From NCBI GenBank assembly GCA_030390025.1, contig CM059432.1, positions 132,372,001 through 132,436,000 on the forward strand: 64,000 nt of DNA, given 5' to 3'. Below are positions 47,147 to 61,329 of this stretch, in pieces. The notes under the pieces were generated by a model, which was given only the letters and a program-made list of their open reading frames with translations, was not told the DNA's origin and did no database searches. How positions within the stretch are numbered: position 1 is the first letter of the stretch; every line of letters starts with the position of its first letter. This DNA comes from Squalus acanthias (lineage: Eukaryota). A program made the position numbers and the translations under genes.

Positions 47147-48060
47147 ATCGAATCCTTAATGTCAATGCCTGCTATCCTGGCAGCAGGCCCGATGCTTTCA
47201 TTCTGTGGCAGCACTCATCCAGCCACCACGTCAAGCTCGAGGGTGGCTGCTCGGAGACAAGGGCTATCCGCTCTCTACCTGGCTCATGACTCCCCTCCGC
47301 AACCCCAACACTCGTGCCCAGCACTCATATAATGAGATCCATGCTGCCACCAGGAACATCATCGAGCAGACCATCGGCTTATTGAAGCAACGGTTCCGTT
47401 GCCTTGACCACTCGGGAGGAGCCTTCCAGTACTCACCAGAGCGGGTGTCCCATTTCGTGGTGGTCTGCTGCATGCTCATCAACTTGGCCATCATGAGGGT
47501 GCAGCCCTTGCCAGCAGGGATTGCAGGACCACCTCAGGAGGAGGACAAGGCAGAGGAGGATAAGGATGAGGAGGAGGATGAGAAGGAAGAGGATGAGGAG
47601 GAGGAGGAGGAGGAACAGGAGGGAGGGAGGAGGCAGCAAGACAATCGGCCTTCTGGACAGGCTGTCCGTGACCGGCTCATCAGACTCCGATTCACATGAA
47701 TGAAACCCCAGATCCCTGTAGCTCACCACATCCCCATCATACCATCCCTGTCTCATGCCATATCATATTATCCTCCTGGGCGCTAAGGTGGAATGAGAGA
47801 GACCACAAAATATTCCAAAGACCATTAATAAATTTATCTATAAACATATCACACATATCACAAGAATTCTAATAACTAATGACCCTTGTGCCTGCCATAG
47901 TTGAATAGCTGTCATTGTGTGCAAGGTCTGAGATGTGGGTGTGAGTGTTGGTAGGTAGAGATTGTTGGTGGGTGAGTGCTGGGGGTGTGGTTCTTTGGGC
48001 AGTGTGTGAAGATTATGGTACAGATGATGGTATGTAGCATTTGTTGAAGCATTCATTCAC

Positions 48061-48303
48061 CCTGACCACCCGAGTGAGGTCGTTAAATTTCTTCCTGCAC
48101 TGTGTGTGGGTCCTGGGGACCACAGTGCTGCCTGAGACATGCTGCGCTACCTCCCTCCACATGGTGTGGAAGACGTGTGGCGAGGGCCTCCTGCCACTTG
48201 CCGGGTAGAGCACCACAATTCGTCTCTCCACAGCGAACACCAATGCCTCCAATGCTTCATTGGAGAATCTGCGGGCTCTCTCCCTGGGGCGTGGATCTGC
48301 CAT
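48061..48303 (-). pseudogene. Myb/SANT gene exon 1 of Harbinger E (open; downstream exons deleted)
   Basis: MADPRPRERARRFSNEALEALV...WREVAQHV...QCRKKFNDLTRVVR followed by a GTgaat donor. Confidence 0.85.
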
Positions 48304-48929
48304 GAGAACACCTGGTTCAGTCCTCCGGTTCCTTCTCCTTGTTCTACTTCTGCTTGCAGCTGTACAGCCAGCAATGCTGAGAATGAGGTTCTGCAGCATC
48401 AATGAACCTCCCCTTTAAGTAGTGAAAAAAGCCTGTGGCAATGATGAGTTGCGATTAGACTGCACCCGATATTGATCCACCTTTTAAGTCTAACGCCAAT
48501 GAACTTGGGTTTTAAACTTGATTTAGGACTCCAATCATTTTATTGAGCACTGAACATGAATTTTTCGTGCAGTCTAAAACATTTGCTCCTGGCGCTAATT
48601 CTCCAACTTTTCTACTGACACTGCCTATTCCTTGGCTATAACGAATTTCTAGCCCTAGATTTCTGTATCACAGTATTCTGTACCGCCCTGCCCCCCACCT
48701 CCCCCCCCCCCCCGAGTTCAATTATTCCCCCACCCTGTATTCCAGGGATGCCAATCGTTCCAGATTGCTTGGGAGTCTCCCAGAATGAATAATTGAACTC
48801 CCGGGCACTGCCGCTGTTCTGGTTCGCGTATCTCTGATGGCCTGAACTGTCGATTCTTGCCCCACACCCACCAGGTCATTGGATAGCAATCATACACAGG
48901 GGGCCTGGCTGATATTGTCCCTCTCTTAA

Positions 48930-50483
48930 TCTGCTAGCAGAAACATATTGAGCAGACGACTGGCATGCTCAAGTATAGCTTCCACTGCCTGGACAGTTTG
49001 GGACAAGCTTTGCAGTACAGCTCTGAGTGGGTATCCAGGTTTGTGGCCGTCTGCTGCATGCCTTATTTGACCTCACTTCACTACAAATATAAACACCAGC
49101 ACCAAATCCAGAACAAAAATCAAATTTATCAAACAACTCAATTACATCTCTATCTAATAATTAACAGAAATAATTATGAATCACCCTTTTGCAACCCATT
49201 AGTGCCTGTCCAGTGTGCTTGTGTACCAATCCTAGTGCTCCTACTAAGAGTTTCCCCAGTGGCTACAGCTTGGGAGGTGGGAGGCTGCTGTGCTACCATT
49301 GAGGACACTTCAGATGGCCATGGTGAGTGACCTTGAGCAGCTCTGGGGCTTGAGGGCCCAGCTCGAGACTGCAGCATCTCAGCGTGGGCCGGGGCAGTCT
49401 GATACCATCTAGCTGTCTGGCAGTAATAAGGGCACTTGCGGAGTGGGTGTCAGGGGAGCAGGCATGGTGTCATCCTGAGAGAGGACAGCAGGTGTCTCTC
49501 CCATGGAACCAAGGCCACTCCCCTGGGACTATGCCTCAGCACGCCTACCGATCTGCACAAGGACTGAGTGCAGGACTAATGTGACGCTCTGGGAGCCCCC
49601 ATCAACGCTGGCCCCCAGAGCCAAGGTGATAGCCATCTGAGCATCCATGGCAACAGTGTGAACTGCCATAGCAGTTGTCAGAGCTGTGAGCAGAGGCTCC
49701 ATCATGGTGGAAGCCACTGTCATGTTCATGGAGCTAATCACTCGGTCCGTGTTGGACAGAATGGTCTTCATACGCTGCGCGAAGCTTTGACACAAATGGG
49801 TACTGGGCTCCTCCATGCTCTGCGACATTGTGCACAAGCTCACTGGCAGGCTGCCCAGTGCACGAAGCATTTCCTGGTGTATGTCCATCAGCCTTCTTTG
49901 GTACCCTGGGCCCACAAAGTCGGCATCTGAGTCTCGCTACCACACCCTCTAGTGAGCTTGCACCCGTGGAGTCCTAGTCCTCTACCCTAGCTCCTGCACA
50001 CTTGTGCCCGGTGATGTACCACGTGAAGACCCATCCTCTAGCCTACCCTCTAAAGTATGTGGTGCCAGTCTCTGAGCTGGTGCTTGCGAGGGTTCTGATC
50101 AAGTGACGGAGCATCTTCAGGAAGGCTGGCCTCCTCTTCCTGAAGTGGCAGAGGCTCAAAAAATGGCCCCAACATGTTCGGAAATGTTATTTTGGTGGAG
50201 TTGGTAGAAGCTGAGGTTCTCCTCCTGGCTCCACAAAGCAACTGCGATCCGTTGTTGACCAGTTCCCACCCCCTTCCATCGCCTCCCCACCTCCCAGAAT
50301 ACCTGTGGGCTTCAGCGCCGGCTGAAATTGATTAGGCCCCGACAGGCAAGCTGCGGCCCGACTGGTGTCTCGCAGCTGACCTGAATTATGATGATGAGGC
50401 CCTGAGGGCAAATTTGGGACAGTGCTCGGGCCTCTCTATTCTGGCGCCCGAATTAGCTGGAATCGCGAACAAATTTAGGCCCC
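48930..50483 (+). mobile_element. highly decayed Harbinger fragment (copy F)
   Basis: Transposase C-terminal remnant FHCLDSLGQALQYS..FVAVCCM; Myb exon-3-like ORFs on minus (49174-49915); right TIR aatttaggcccc. Confidence 0.7.
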
Positions 50484-50991
50484 TTTGTATCAACTGACAC
50501 AACTCTCTGGCCTGGAGTTACAAAATCACTAGATTAATGTATCTAAGAAAGGGAGAGAAAGCTCTTTTCACTATTCCATTTATCTTGTGATTAAGTTATT
50601 TCAGATTTATAATTATTGCTGTTCCAGTAATTACAATTTTAAAGCAAATTTATGAGGAAAGTGCATGTTAATGGAATAATGTGCAGTTGGATTAGTATGA
50701 ACCAATACGATGAGTGCTAAATATGCAATTTATTTTATTTCCGGAGTACAATAATTACAGCGCACGGATTCAAATTAATGGCGCAACATAAATCACCATC
50801 GACAACGGCGGTTTGGGTTCAAGGTGCATTTCAACAATGTTTTCAGAATCTGCACAAGGTATTTGATGCCTTCTGATACCTTCTAACTGGGAGGACCTGC
50901 TTGGGTCATCTGCATTCCCCTTTGGCCAATCTTGTCTCTCTATACAGCCCATTGAATAAAGAGTCCATCTGCCTCTCTTTAATGCTTCAAC

Positions 50992-51428
50992 AATAACTTG
51001 CATTTATATAGCGCCTTTAACACAGTAAAACGTCCCAAGGCGCTTCACAGGAGCGTTATCAAACAAAAATTTGACACTGGGCTACACAAGGAGAAATTAG
51101 GACAGGTGACCAAAAGCTTGGTCAAAGAGGTAGATTTGAAAAAGCGTCTTAAAGGAGGAAAGAGAGTTAGAGAAGCGGAGAGGTTTAGGGAGGGAATTCC
51201 AGAGTTTAGGGCCCAGGCAGCTGAAGGCACGGCCGCCAATGGTGGAGCGATGGAAATCGGGGATTGAGGTCAGAATTGGAGGAGCGCAGAGATCTTGGAG
51301 GGTTGTAGGGCTGGAGGAGGTTACAAAGGTAGGGAGGAGTGAGGCCATGGAGGGATTTGAAAATAAGAATGAGAATTTTAAAGTCGAGGTGTTGCTCGAC
51401 CGGAAGCCAATTTAGGTCAGCGAGCTCA
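50992..51428 (-). mobile_element. L2 3' fragment
   Basis: WLPVEQHLDFKILILIFKSLHG...AFGHLS; L2 tail. Confidence 0.9.
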
Positions 51429-51728
51429 ATTAGGTGGAGTTGATTCCAGGAGTCCAAGTCCAAAGTAATTACTCTTCAATTGTTTCGGTCGCAGTTTAGG
51501 ATTTCAATAGAAATGCTGACCAGAGGAAATTGTTCTGTATTTATTTATGAGGTAGCTAACAACTAGAGGAGACCATCCCCGCTCCTTTCGTATGCTTATT
51601 GCCACAATTCTGTCATCATCGTAAAAGCTTAAATGATGTCCCATCTCAGTGGGTTTTTTTCTCCTAGTTAAGACAGATTTACTTTTCCTTGCTTCCGTTT
51701 GTAGTTCATGGATTTAATATTTAATATT

Positions 51729-52082
51729 CTGGGCAGAGGAAACGCTTCAAGGACACCCTCAAAGCCTCCTTGAAAAAGTGCAACATCCCCACCGACACCT
51801 GGGAATCCCTGGCCCAAGACCGCACAAAGTGGAGGAGAAGCATCTGGGAAGGCGCCGAACACCTCGAGCCTCTTCGCCGGGAGCAAGCGGAAGCCAAGCG
51901 CAAACAGCGGAAGGAGCGCACGTCAACCCAAGCACCCCACCCACCCGCCCCTTCAACCACCGTCTGCCCCACCTGTGACAGAGACTGTAGGTCCCGCATT
52001 GGACTCATCAGTCACCTGAGAACTCATTTTTAGTGTGGAAGCAAGTCATCCTCGGTTCCGAGGGACTGCCCAAGAAGAAGAT
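51729..52082 (+). mobile_element. RTE (BovB-like) LINE 3' fragment
   Basis: GQRKRFKDTLKASLK...WESLAQDRTKWR...CPTC..CRSRIGLISHLRTH zinc-finger tail; (gaa)n end. Confidence 0.85.
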
Positions 52083-53959
52083 TTGCGGGCAAATTTTGCC
52101 AGGCTCCATCCAATCATGGTGGAGGGCAGATTGGTGAATCGGGCACAGAGATCAGTGCACCCAATTAGTGGCAGTCCCGATTTTCTGGTCATGAAAAATC
52201 AGTCGCCAGAAATTTGGGAACACTGCAAAATTTAGGGCGGTGATCTTTGCGTTTGACTCTTTGAGCAGCAGTTCCTTTGAGTGGGACTCTGCGCTGGGAT
52301 CCTTGCATTGCAACATTTACCTTCTATGGCATCTTTGCTTCCTTTTTGTGAAGCTCTCTGGTCCTGCATAATTTCTTTTTAAGCTTTTCTCTGGAGAGAT
52401 GACAGAGGTACCGAGCTGGAAAGAGAGAGACTTAAAGAGTGACTTAGAGAGCTTGGCCGTAAGTGAGAGAGAGAGAGAGCTGAATTAACACATTCTGCTG
52501 AAATGATATGATCACTGAAGCAATCTGGCCTCATGGCTGCATCTCTGCAGATGTTAATTCAGCTTCCTCACACTGTCGGACTCAGTAATTCTCTCAGGCT
52601 AATTTTCTAGTGATAACACCCGCACGTACTGCTCAATCAAAAATATTTATAAAACATTCAGCAGAACAGCAGAGATATCATCTGAGAACAAAAGCCATCT
52701 TTATAGCCATTACACGTCTGTTTTGCAGCTTAGCAAAGTCAGCTAAGACAGTTCCAGTGAAGTGAGTGGAAATAAGATAACTGGCATTATTTCTGCAGTA
52801 TGCCATGCCTAAATTGCAGCTTCCGATCATGCTTGATGATGCTATCTGGACTATATTCCCCACTTACTACTCCACAAGAGATGAAATTCCTCTTAATAAA
52901 AAGGGGCGAATGACTGTTTTTCACCACAATTAAGCACTCATTAACAAAAAGTCATACATTGCAGCAATGCACCTTCCTGCGATTTTGTTCGCGTACCATT
53001 CATTATGCAAAAGAAACCCCAGACATTATCCTTTCGTTCATTCGAAGAGGAACTTTGGGCCCAAGATGGGTTTTTTTGATGAGGAAATCATTGGGTTGAA
53101 ATCGTAGGGTGTGATATTAGTAGTAATCACATTAATACATCTGTATTAACTGCCTTTGTCTGCTATTTTAACTAAGGCATTGACCTGTTTATCTTAAGGA
53201 CAGCGACACTTTCATTTAAAGAGGAGACAGATAGAGTTTCATTTAAATAGGAGACAGATAGACGAATTACATATGGGCACACTAATATGTTTATTACTAA
53301 TATCACACAATGCAATTTCAACCCACACGGGCCATTAGAACTCCTTAGTCAATATTTTAAATGCTTCTCTCACTCTAAGTGAACGTTCTAAGCCCATTTC
53401 GATGTCTTGTATTGAGTGATAATATATACCCTGCCATTCAGCCAAGTCGTCCCTGCAAACAAATTTGCTGGGTTCAACATTTTGGCGCAGAAAATAAACT
53501 GGGATAAATCTATTCCTCATTCAAATTCAAACAGTGAGCAGTTTTACATACTTGATGGCAGAGGAGACCTTGCTGTCTCGACCACAACATGGCTCAAGTT
53601 AAATTGAGCTGGCTCGGAACGATTTGTTTTAATTTTCAAAAGTGGTATTATTTATTCTGTGTCACCTAATGATAACATCCCTAAATTAACCTTGCACAAT
53701 CAATCCCGTATAATCTGCTTGATTGTCCTTGGATCAGTAATGTTTCTAACTTTGTTTTCCTACTATTCCCTCCCTAAGCTTTTTTAACACTACAGTTATA
53801 TTGCGGTCAGTGTGAAGGTAAAAAAGTGGCCTCACCAACCCCCACCCCGCCGGCTAAATGTGATTCAGGCTTTAATAACACCGCGGAATTTCTGTCAATG
53901 GAAAGTCGAAAACGCTTCATATTGACTCAAACCTGGCCTAAAAATCTAGCACATTTCTA

Positions 53960-54268
53960 ATAACACTCCAGGATTGTCCTGGAGTTTCTGGGAACTAAAG
54001 ATTAATCTCTCAGACACTGCTGCAAGCAAGCTAGGTGAAAAGTCATAGGGGCATTAAATAAAAATTGTGCCTCCATTTTTCCCTTTCTTTGAACACGTTC
54101 ACTTATTAGTTACAAAAATATTGGAGACGGGATAATAGGCCGTTTGACTGACCGTCAAGAACCAGCCAATCGAGACTGTTCGCTTTCCTGGCCTGGGAAG
54201 ATGGTTGGAGGCCGGAGATCATGTGATGAAACCTCCAGGAATATGTGCAACCGGAGTTGGCAACCCTA
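53960..54268 (+). mobile_element. hAT-Blackjack-like MITE
   Basis: ctccaggattgtcctggag start; ggagttggcaacccta terminus. Confidence 0.7.
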
Positions 54269-55496
54269 AGCGAGAGTGATAGAATCATCGAATGATACTG
54301 CTCAGAAGGAGGCCGTTTGGCCCATCGGGCCTGCGCCGGCTCTTTGGCAGAGCTATTCAATTAATCCCACTCCCCTGCTCTTTCCCCATAGCCCTGAAAC
54401 TTTTTTCTTTAATTAATTTAAGACGCGATCTCGTGTATGAGAGTTGTCTCTCTCATGAACAAAATGTCACCTTTTTCTGCATGTCTCAGTATAAAAGAAA
54501 TGTTTCCGAAAGACTTTAACTTTGGCAACACTGACTCTCTCCTCCCCTTCTTAAAAAATGGCCAGTACATGGAATCAGTACTGTCCCTGACTGAGGCTGC
54601 CAATATTTAATAGGGGCTGTAATACACTACACAGCCAATGGGTGTCACTGTGGTATTGGACAAACGTACACATTGAACAAAACAAAGCAGAGACAATGGG
54701 GGGAAGGGGACAAGCAGCACAGATAATTCTGAAAACCAGCAATTACAAGTTTGTAGAAGGACATATTTTAATTTTTGTACACGAGATTACATCTTAAATT
54801 AATTAAACAATCGAATGATGGAGGCAGACTAATTAATCATCTTATTTATCATATCTCTCTTTATTGCAGCCTTTTCTGTATAGACGAGACTTTACTAAAC
54901 CAGATAATACACGCAATTAAAACAATCCGAGAGAAAATTATAAGTGTTGGGTAGGAGCAACATTTTCAAAATTAAATTAATTAAAATGTCAGATGTGCGT
55001 TATGACAGAAAAGGTATTTGCAAAGTGTTAAACGGCAGTATTTATTACTGAATCGCTGAGCTCAGGTTCCACTTCCAAACCCTGAATCAGGAGCAGGGGA
55101 AATGTTTGGTGCACCCTGTGCAGCTAGGCCCCGTGTGGGATACTGAAATCTGTAGCAGGGCAAGTTTGAAAGGCACTAAATTAAAAGGAATTAGACTAGT
55201 TTGATACCTTTCGGCCATTGTGTTCATAGCACAAGGTCCCTGTGAGTTTCTTGTTGACTGTCAGGTGGTGGAGTCTATGATCAAAAACAAACATTAACAC
55301 ACAGGCATAGGTCCTCTTTTCCTTCATTTACCCTTTCTAATCTCTGTTGTTTGCAGGCTCGTGTGTAACGTGGCAGAGGATTTATAACTTCTAGGGTGGT
55401 TTTCTGAATTAACTTAAGTTTATTTTACCTTTTTCAGATCACAATCCAACAGGCAGCAATTGGCAAGAGTATTGAAGGAAGAGTCTAATCAATGAC

Positions 55497-55760
55497 TTAT
55501 TTCGAAGAAGAGCAGGGAGGTTTCTCCCCGGTGTCCTGGGCCATTATTTATCCTTCAGCTGACATCGCTAAAACACGGATTAACTGGTCATTATCACATT
55601 GCTGTTTGTGGGATCTTGCTGTGCGCAAATTGGCTGCCCCATTTCCGACACTACAACAGTGATTACACTTCAAAAAGTACTTCATTGACTGTAAAGCACT
55701 TGTGGATGCCCTGAGGTCGTGAAATGCGCCGTATAAATGCTAGTTCTTTCTGTTTTCTTT
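55497..55760 (+). mobile_element. SacSINE1-like DeuSINE, 5'-truncated
   Basis: Matches the 3' part of 29926-30322. Confidence 0.8.
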
Positions 55761-56513
55761 TTATACACCAGAAGTAGGTCACCATTACTTCACTTTCTTT
55801 CCATGAGCGTCAACTAGTCTTTTGCTAGGTAAAACTTTAAGGGTAAAGGTTATTAGGGTGCTCCTTATTTAAGTTGCCAGATATAAATTTGTCTGGTAAC
55901 TTTAATGTTTCCATGAGAAGAATTTGGACATTGCTTGTCATTAAGGATTTGCTATTTTTTTTCTGTTAAAGCTGCATGCAGCCGAATGCACTATTCTTGT
56001 TGGCGCTGATGTCCAAAAGGTCCCACTCCATCAAGGAAATCACCTTCCTTCTCCCATTCAAATGCTGCTATGGAGAACAAACGTTCCTATAAGTCACTGT
56101 CAACTGAGCATACTTCGTTGATTAATGAGATAGTTACATTGATCAGATGGGCCACATTATGATACAGGTCTAGAACAATATGGCTAAATTCACGGCTGTC
56201 GAACTCCATATGCGAGTGCATATTTGAGCCATACAGAGAGGTTACAATCCAGACAAGCAGTTTGACAGGGCTTATATACCAGAGTCAGATAATGTCACAT
56301 GTACAGGAACAACATCGCCAGGTTCAATCTGATCATAACAGGGATTGGCCAATCAGGAACCCCGACAGGACATTTTTCAACCAACTTCAAATAATCCGTA
56401 AACTGTTCATTTTATCTATTGCAACACAAACATTATTTTCCCCACACCAGCATAGCTTCGAGGCTGCAGGAGAGGGATGTGGAGACTGTTGATGGGTAGC
56501 TCAGAGAAAACAA

Positions 56514-57218
56514 GGGCTGAATCTTAACCCCCAAAAACGGGTGGGTTGGGGTCGGGCCGGGTGTTAAAACTTTAAAAATCTCAAACCCGACCCCAACCTG
56601 CCTCCAATCCGCCCACTTCCGGGTTTAACGGAGGCGGGACAAGGGGTGGGCAGCTAACCTGCTCCCAGGAGGCGGGCTGGTCAATTAAATATTATAATGA
56701 GGCTGGCAGCCTCTGATTTAACCTTCATTGCAGGTTTAACCCTGGTCGGCCGGGTTTCCCAGGCCTTGGGAAACCCGGCAGCTGAAGGGTGGCAAGGACA
56801 GCTTCGGGGAGAAGGCACGTGCTTACCCCCTGCATCTCAAGCTCCCCCCCCCCCCCACATCAAACCACCTTCCCCATACACCCGCACCGCCACACCCCCG
56901 GGGTCGGAGATTGACCCCCCCCCCCCCGGTAGTCGGGGATTGGACACCACCCCCCCCCCCACCCTATGCTCTCACTAGCAGCAGCAGGCGACGTACCTGT
57001 GGCTGCGGCCTCCTCTGAAGTCCTCCCCGCCCGGCTGGAAGCCAAGCCTGCCAATCAGGCAGGCTTCCAGGCGGGGAAACCTGTCAGAGTAAAACTACGC
57101 ACGCTGTGGAGTCAAAACTTCACGGCGTGAGGGAAACCTGAACTTCCAGGATTTCAGTCAGACACTCCGGCCCCACCCCCCCCTGCCCCCGCAGGCCGCC
57201 ACTGCCAAGATTCAGCCC
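56514..57218. mobile_element. Harbinger-type MITE
   Basis: Perfect 12-bp TIR GGGCTGAATCTT; TSD caa/caa. Confidence 0.85.
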
Positions 57219-57313
57219 CAACTGTGCAGCGGGCAGCAGCTATACACGGGAAGCTAACTGGATCCTGGGATGTGTAGCCAGAGGCATTGGGCACAGTCCC
57301 AGGAGGTGATAAC

Positions 57314-57482
57314 GGGGTAGAAATTTGTCTCGGGCAGCGGTGGAAAACAGGCAGTAACATATTGGCTGCCTGATATACACCCCGCCTGACCCAATGGAAT
57401 GGAATATCATGCGGGGTGTATAACAGACTGTCGATTCGAAACCGCCCGTTTTGCGCTAACGCCCCAGACAACTTTCTACCCC
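57314..57482. mobile_element. short Harbinger-type MITE
   Basis: TIR GGGGTAGAAAtTTGTCT / AGACAAcTTTCTACCCC; flanks aac/aat. Confidence 0.7.
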
Positions 57483-57539
57483 AATGACTGAGGGCTCTGG
57501 TATTAGCGCATCTGAAGGACCGTGTACAATTGTGGTCAC

Positions 57540-57996
57540 AGTGCTACAGCAAGGATATTCAGGCTTTGGGAGGTAGTGCAGAAAAGGGGTAACCAACCTA
57601 ACATGCAGCTTAAGGGATCTGAGGCAACGAGGAGGAGGTTGAAAGGCCTGCAATTGTTCACGCTGGAGAAGGGAAGGCTTAGGGAAGAGATCATTCAAGC
57701 ATGCGAGATTCTTAAGAGAATAGATAAACTAATATGCTCGAGATTGGCGCAAACTCCAGGACCAGGAGGCAGGGACTGAAGCCTAGAATGGGGAAGGTAC
57801 ATTTACAATTTGAGGCGGAGTGTGTTGAATGTGCGCGAGAGGCTGCTTAAGGACATCGCAGAAGGCAGATAGTGCGGCAAAACTGATGGGAGAACTGGAT
57901 GGATATTTAGAGGAGGGGGCAATTGAGAGGTATTCGTGTTTGAGACTGGCCACATGGGCTGCTTGGTCTCGTCCTGTACTTTCCTGTGTTCCTATG
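57540..57996 (+). mobile_element. very old CR1 3' fragment
   Basis: LQLFTLEKGRLREEII...ILKRID remnant; tcctatg tail. Confidence 0.55.
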
Positions 57997-60384
57997 CTCG
58001 CGCCAAACAACGCTTTGACTTTTTTCATAGACCATACAAAGACAGGGCGGGGAGGGAGTGGGGGAGGGAGGGGACATTGAGGCTCTGGGCCAAATGCATG
58101 ACACTAAAAAAACATGAAGCTCGGTTGTAGTTTATTCAAGGTTCAGTGGTTTTATACCCAGTCCCACTATCATATAACAATCTGCATTTCATTTCAAAGA
58201 TTACGCATTGCGACTTCAGCCGCTTTAACTGTTTGCCATCTCTGGGCTACATTTCTGGTTTGCATCATTTGAATTAGCTGGCTTCTCGTGATACAAATCA
58301 TTGTTTTTGCTCAGGGTTTTCACTGAAGTCCTGGCACTTCCCGCTGACCTCAGATCTTGACATGACGAAAAGTGAGAAGTAAAAGATAGAGACCACAAGT
58401 TACGAAACTCCAATGCTCTCTAATACGAACGTACTTGTTGGTGGCGTTCCTTCGTTCAATAATTAATTATCAACTCCAATAACGTTACAGATTGACAAAG
58501 TTACTTTGTGTTAACACACACCTGCTGCCAATCACAGTGTCACCGGTCATGACAAGCCTGCCTGACTGGCTGTATCCCCACTTGTCAATGCTCACTGATA
58601 GCGGGTCCTATTTACAAAGAATCCCACCCTACCTACCTGTAACCTTAGCCCTCAATTATTTCAAATTGCCAAGTGTGAAAACTTCTCAGTTATGGGTAAC
58701 ATGAGTGCAAGTTGCCATAAATTGAAAGCAACAATTAAAATGAGGTGCAGATGAGATGAGGTTTACTCGAGGCTTATTGCACACTTACACTCGGTAGAAA
58801 GGGGAGGCTATTGCAACAGGGCCTTCCCTATTGATTGAAGCTGTCCGGTGTAGGGCTATGGGGTTTGCTGAGGCTGGACTTTCTGCTTGTGCAGTCCACA
58901 ATGTTTGACCCATTCACTTCAATGGCCGGCTGATTGCAGGTTGACCAGCGCTGAGGTGGGAACACCCCAGCCATGGTCTTCATTATGGGATGCCAGAGGG
59001 CGGTAACCTTTCGTTTGATCCTTGCTGATTAAAGCACTCTGACATCAAATGGCAGGAAATAGTTTAAGCAATATACATATTTTCCGCCACACAAAAACAA
59101 ACTGCTCACTTTTAACCCATTAGTCTGTAGCTTATTGAAGAGTATAACAAAATATTTATTCCAAAACTCGCCAGCATTCTGCGGGATAAATTGTAAAAAT
59201 ACTGCGAATTGTTGATATAGAATTGAATAGGATCCAGTATGACAATTTCAGATCTAACAGTATTGTGCACTAACAATACTCAAGTCATTTTTAATGTCCT
59301 AATAGCTCCAAGTGATCATTTTTTGTTGTTGTTTTCCATGTGCAATTTTCCCCTCAAGCTATGAAAAATAAAATCCGCACTACATTATTTTAAATAACAC
59401 CAACCCTACCACAGGCCTTTGTATACTTCCCACGTGCTTTCATGTACTTCTGGAAAGTCTGTAACACGTTATGAAGTAATTCTGATATGCTGTCAGAGGA
59501 AAGCATCAGGCTGTATGGCAGGACTGGTCATCCTTCTTCATTAAGTTAATAAACAGCGTGTGGTATTTTGACAAACAGCCTATGTGAAGCGGCACGGAGG
59601 TACTGTCTAGTTTGGATCAGGACACAGTCAGTGTCGGAGCTCACTGATGCTAATTTCCATTTTGTTTGGAGACTCAAAGTCAGACTATGTTGCCTTCACT
59701 TCCAAAGTAGATCCTCGACATCGCTACAAAGTCGGGTTTTTTTTTTATTCTCGCTTTCTGCAGGGTGAGGAAGATATTCTCAGATATCATCTCTTTTGTG
59801 CGGGGCAATGAAAGGCTAATCTATGTTGAAAAAAATGACTTAAAAGTTTACAAACACAATCTGTTTTGCCTGACTCACTGCTGTCTGCCATCCTGGCCCC
59901 ATCACGACAGATTGGATAGAAATGTATGATCCCTCTGCTGTTATTAGTCTCAGAATCCCATTCTGACTGTCCGAAACAATCACATGGTTATCAGCAGCAG
60001 TTATTGTCACTTTTAACTTATTATTCATGGGTTCACATAAAGGTCATCCGGACAATTGAATGGAAAGAAAAGATTAAAGGGCCAATGATATAGCAAAAGT
60101 GAATGAGATAAACTATCATGGGTCTAATTTTATTCCTGTGCAGACCTGCACTACCAACTTATGTGGCTGCTATGATTTGGCCGGGTTTTCAAATATTATT
60201 GCCATTGCTTTCTACAGACTAAAAAAGAATCTGATCTGGATTTCTAGTGATCAATGGTCATATGCCTTTCAAGCTCTGGTACGGTGTGCAGACATTCCTG
60301 CCTCGTGGCTCACTGTGAAAATGGTAGTGCTATTATTCAATGAAAACATAACTGGATTGTATAGACCAGTGCGTTTAAAATCAG

Positions 60385-60975
60385 AAGAGACTTGAAGGTG
60401 AGGTTTTCTAGATTATGAAGGGATTAACAAAGTTGATCCAGGGAAATTATTTACTATAGTTATGGGTTCAAATATCAAGGGACACAAGTTGGGGTATGAA
60501 TAGAGTGCAATAAATGACCAGAGAAGGCCACAGAATAGATGTAGAGAAGATGTTTCCATTTGTGGGGGAGACCATAAATATAAGATAATCACTAATAAAT
60601 CCAATAGGGAATTCAGGAGAAACTTCTTTACCCAGAGAGTGGTAAGAATGTGCAACTCGCTACCACAAGGAGTAGTTGAGGCGAATAGCATAGATACATT
60701 CAAAGGGAAGCTGAATAAACGCATGAGGGAGAAAGGAATAAAAGTTTATGCTGATAGGGTTAGATGAAGTGGGGTGTGGTGGGGTTGGGTGGGGGTGGGG
60801 GGGGACTCGTGTGGAGCATGGACCAGTTGGGCTGAATGGCCTGTTTCTGTGCTGTACATTCCATGTAATTCTATGTAACACAGTATGAACGCATTCAGGA
60901 GGCAACTAGATGTGATGTTGGAAAGAGAAGGGATTAACGGATATGGTGAGAAGATGGATAACTGGGATAGCGATC
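60385..60975 (+). mobile_element. CR1 3' fragments (nested)
   Basis: aacttctttacccagagagtggt motif; gggctgaatggcctg hairpin; ttctatg tail. Confidence 0.7.
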
Positions 60976-61329
60976 AATCAAAAACGTATGTGCTCACTGG
61001 GACTGATGGGGTAGGCCTTTATAGAACCCATTCAATTTTAATTTCATTGAACGTAATGGAATGAAAATTGGGTGGGTTTTATAAAATGCAGATTATCCGC
61101 TTCAGCCGATTACTGCCGAGGCAGTGAAGACAAAATCTACGTCATGGTTTCTTATTTTGCAAAATTCTTATGTTCTTGAACTATATGCTCCCTTCAATTG
61201 GTCACTCAAACAAGCAGTGTAGTCTAACGGATACTTGTGTTTATCTATTTTTTCGAAAATGAATACGAATAACATAGTAATATAGAAAAATGTCTGAAGG
61301 CAGCTCGCAGAAGCATAATCAAACTACAA

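Larger units (their letters stand above)
45997..47699 (+). pseudogene. Harbinger transposase pseudogene split by a Penelope-like insertion
   Basis: [28 protein letters not shown]; in-frame stop at about 46144; insert 46571-47146. Confidence 0.88.
45609..48655 (+). mobile_element. PIF/Harbinger transposon, internally deleted (copy E)
   Basis: TIR GGGGGGAAAATT / GGGCTAGAAATT; TSD tag/tag; broken transposase about 45997-47699; Myb exon 1 only. Confidence 0.9.

Noticed and set aside
53209..53262. 27-bp tandem duplication (also 5808-5845 and 17112-17150) as CRISPR-like repeats
   Set aside because: Two-copy slippage duplications, not repeat-spacer arrays; eukaryotic context, no cas genes
59560..60028. 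Exon-like minus-strand sequence
   Set aside because: Every frame I translated has internal stops and no recognisable homology
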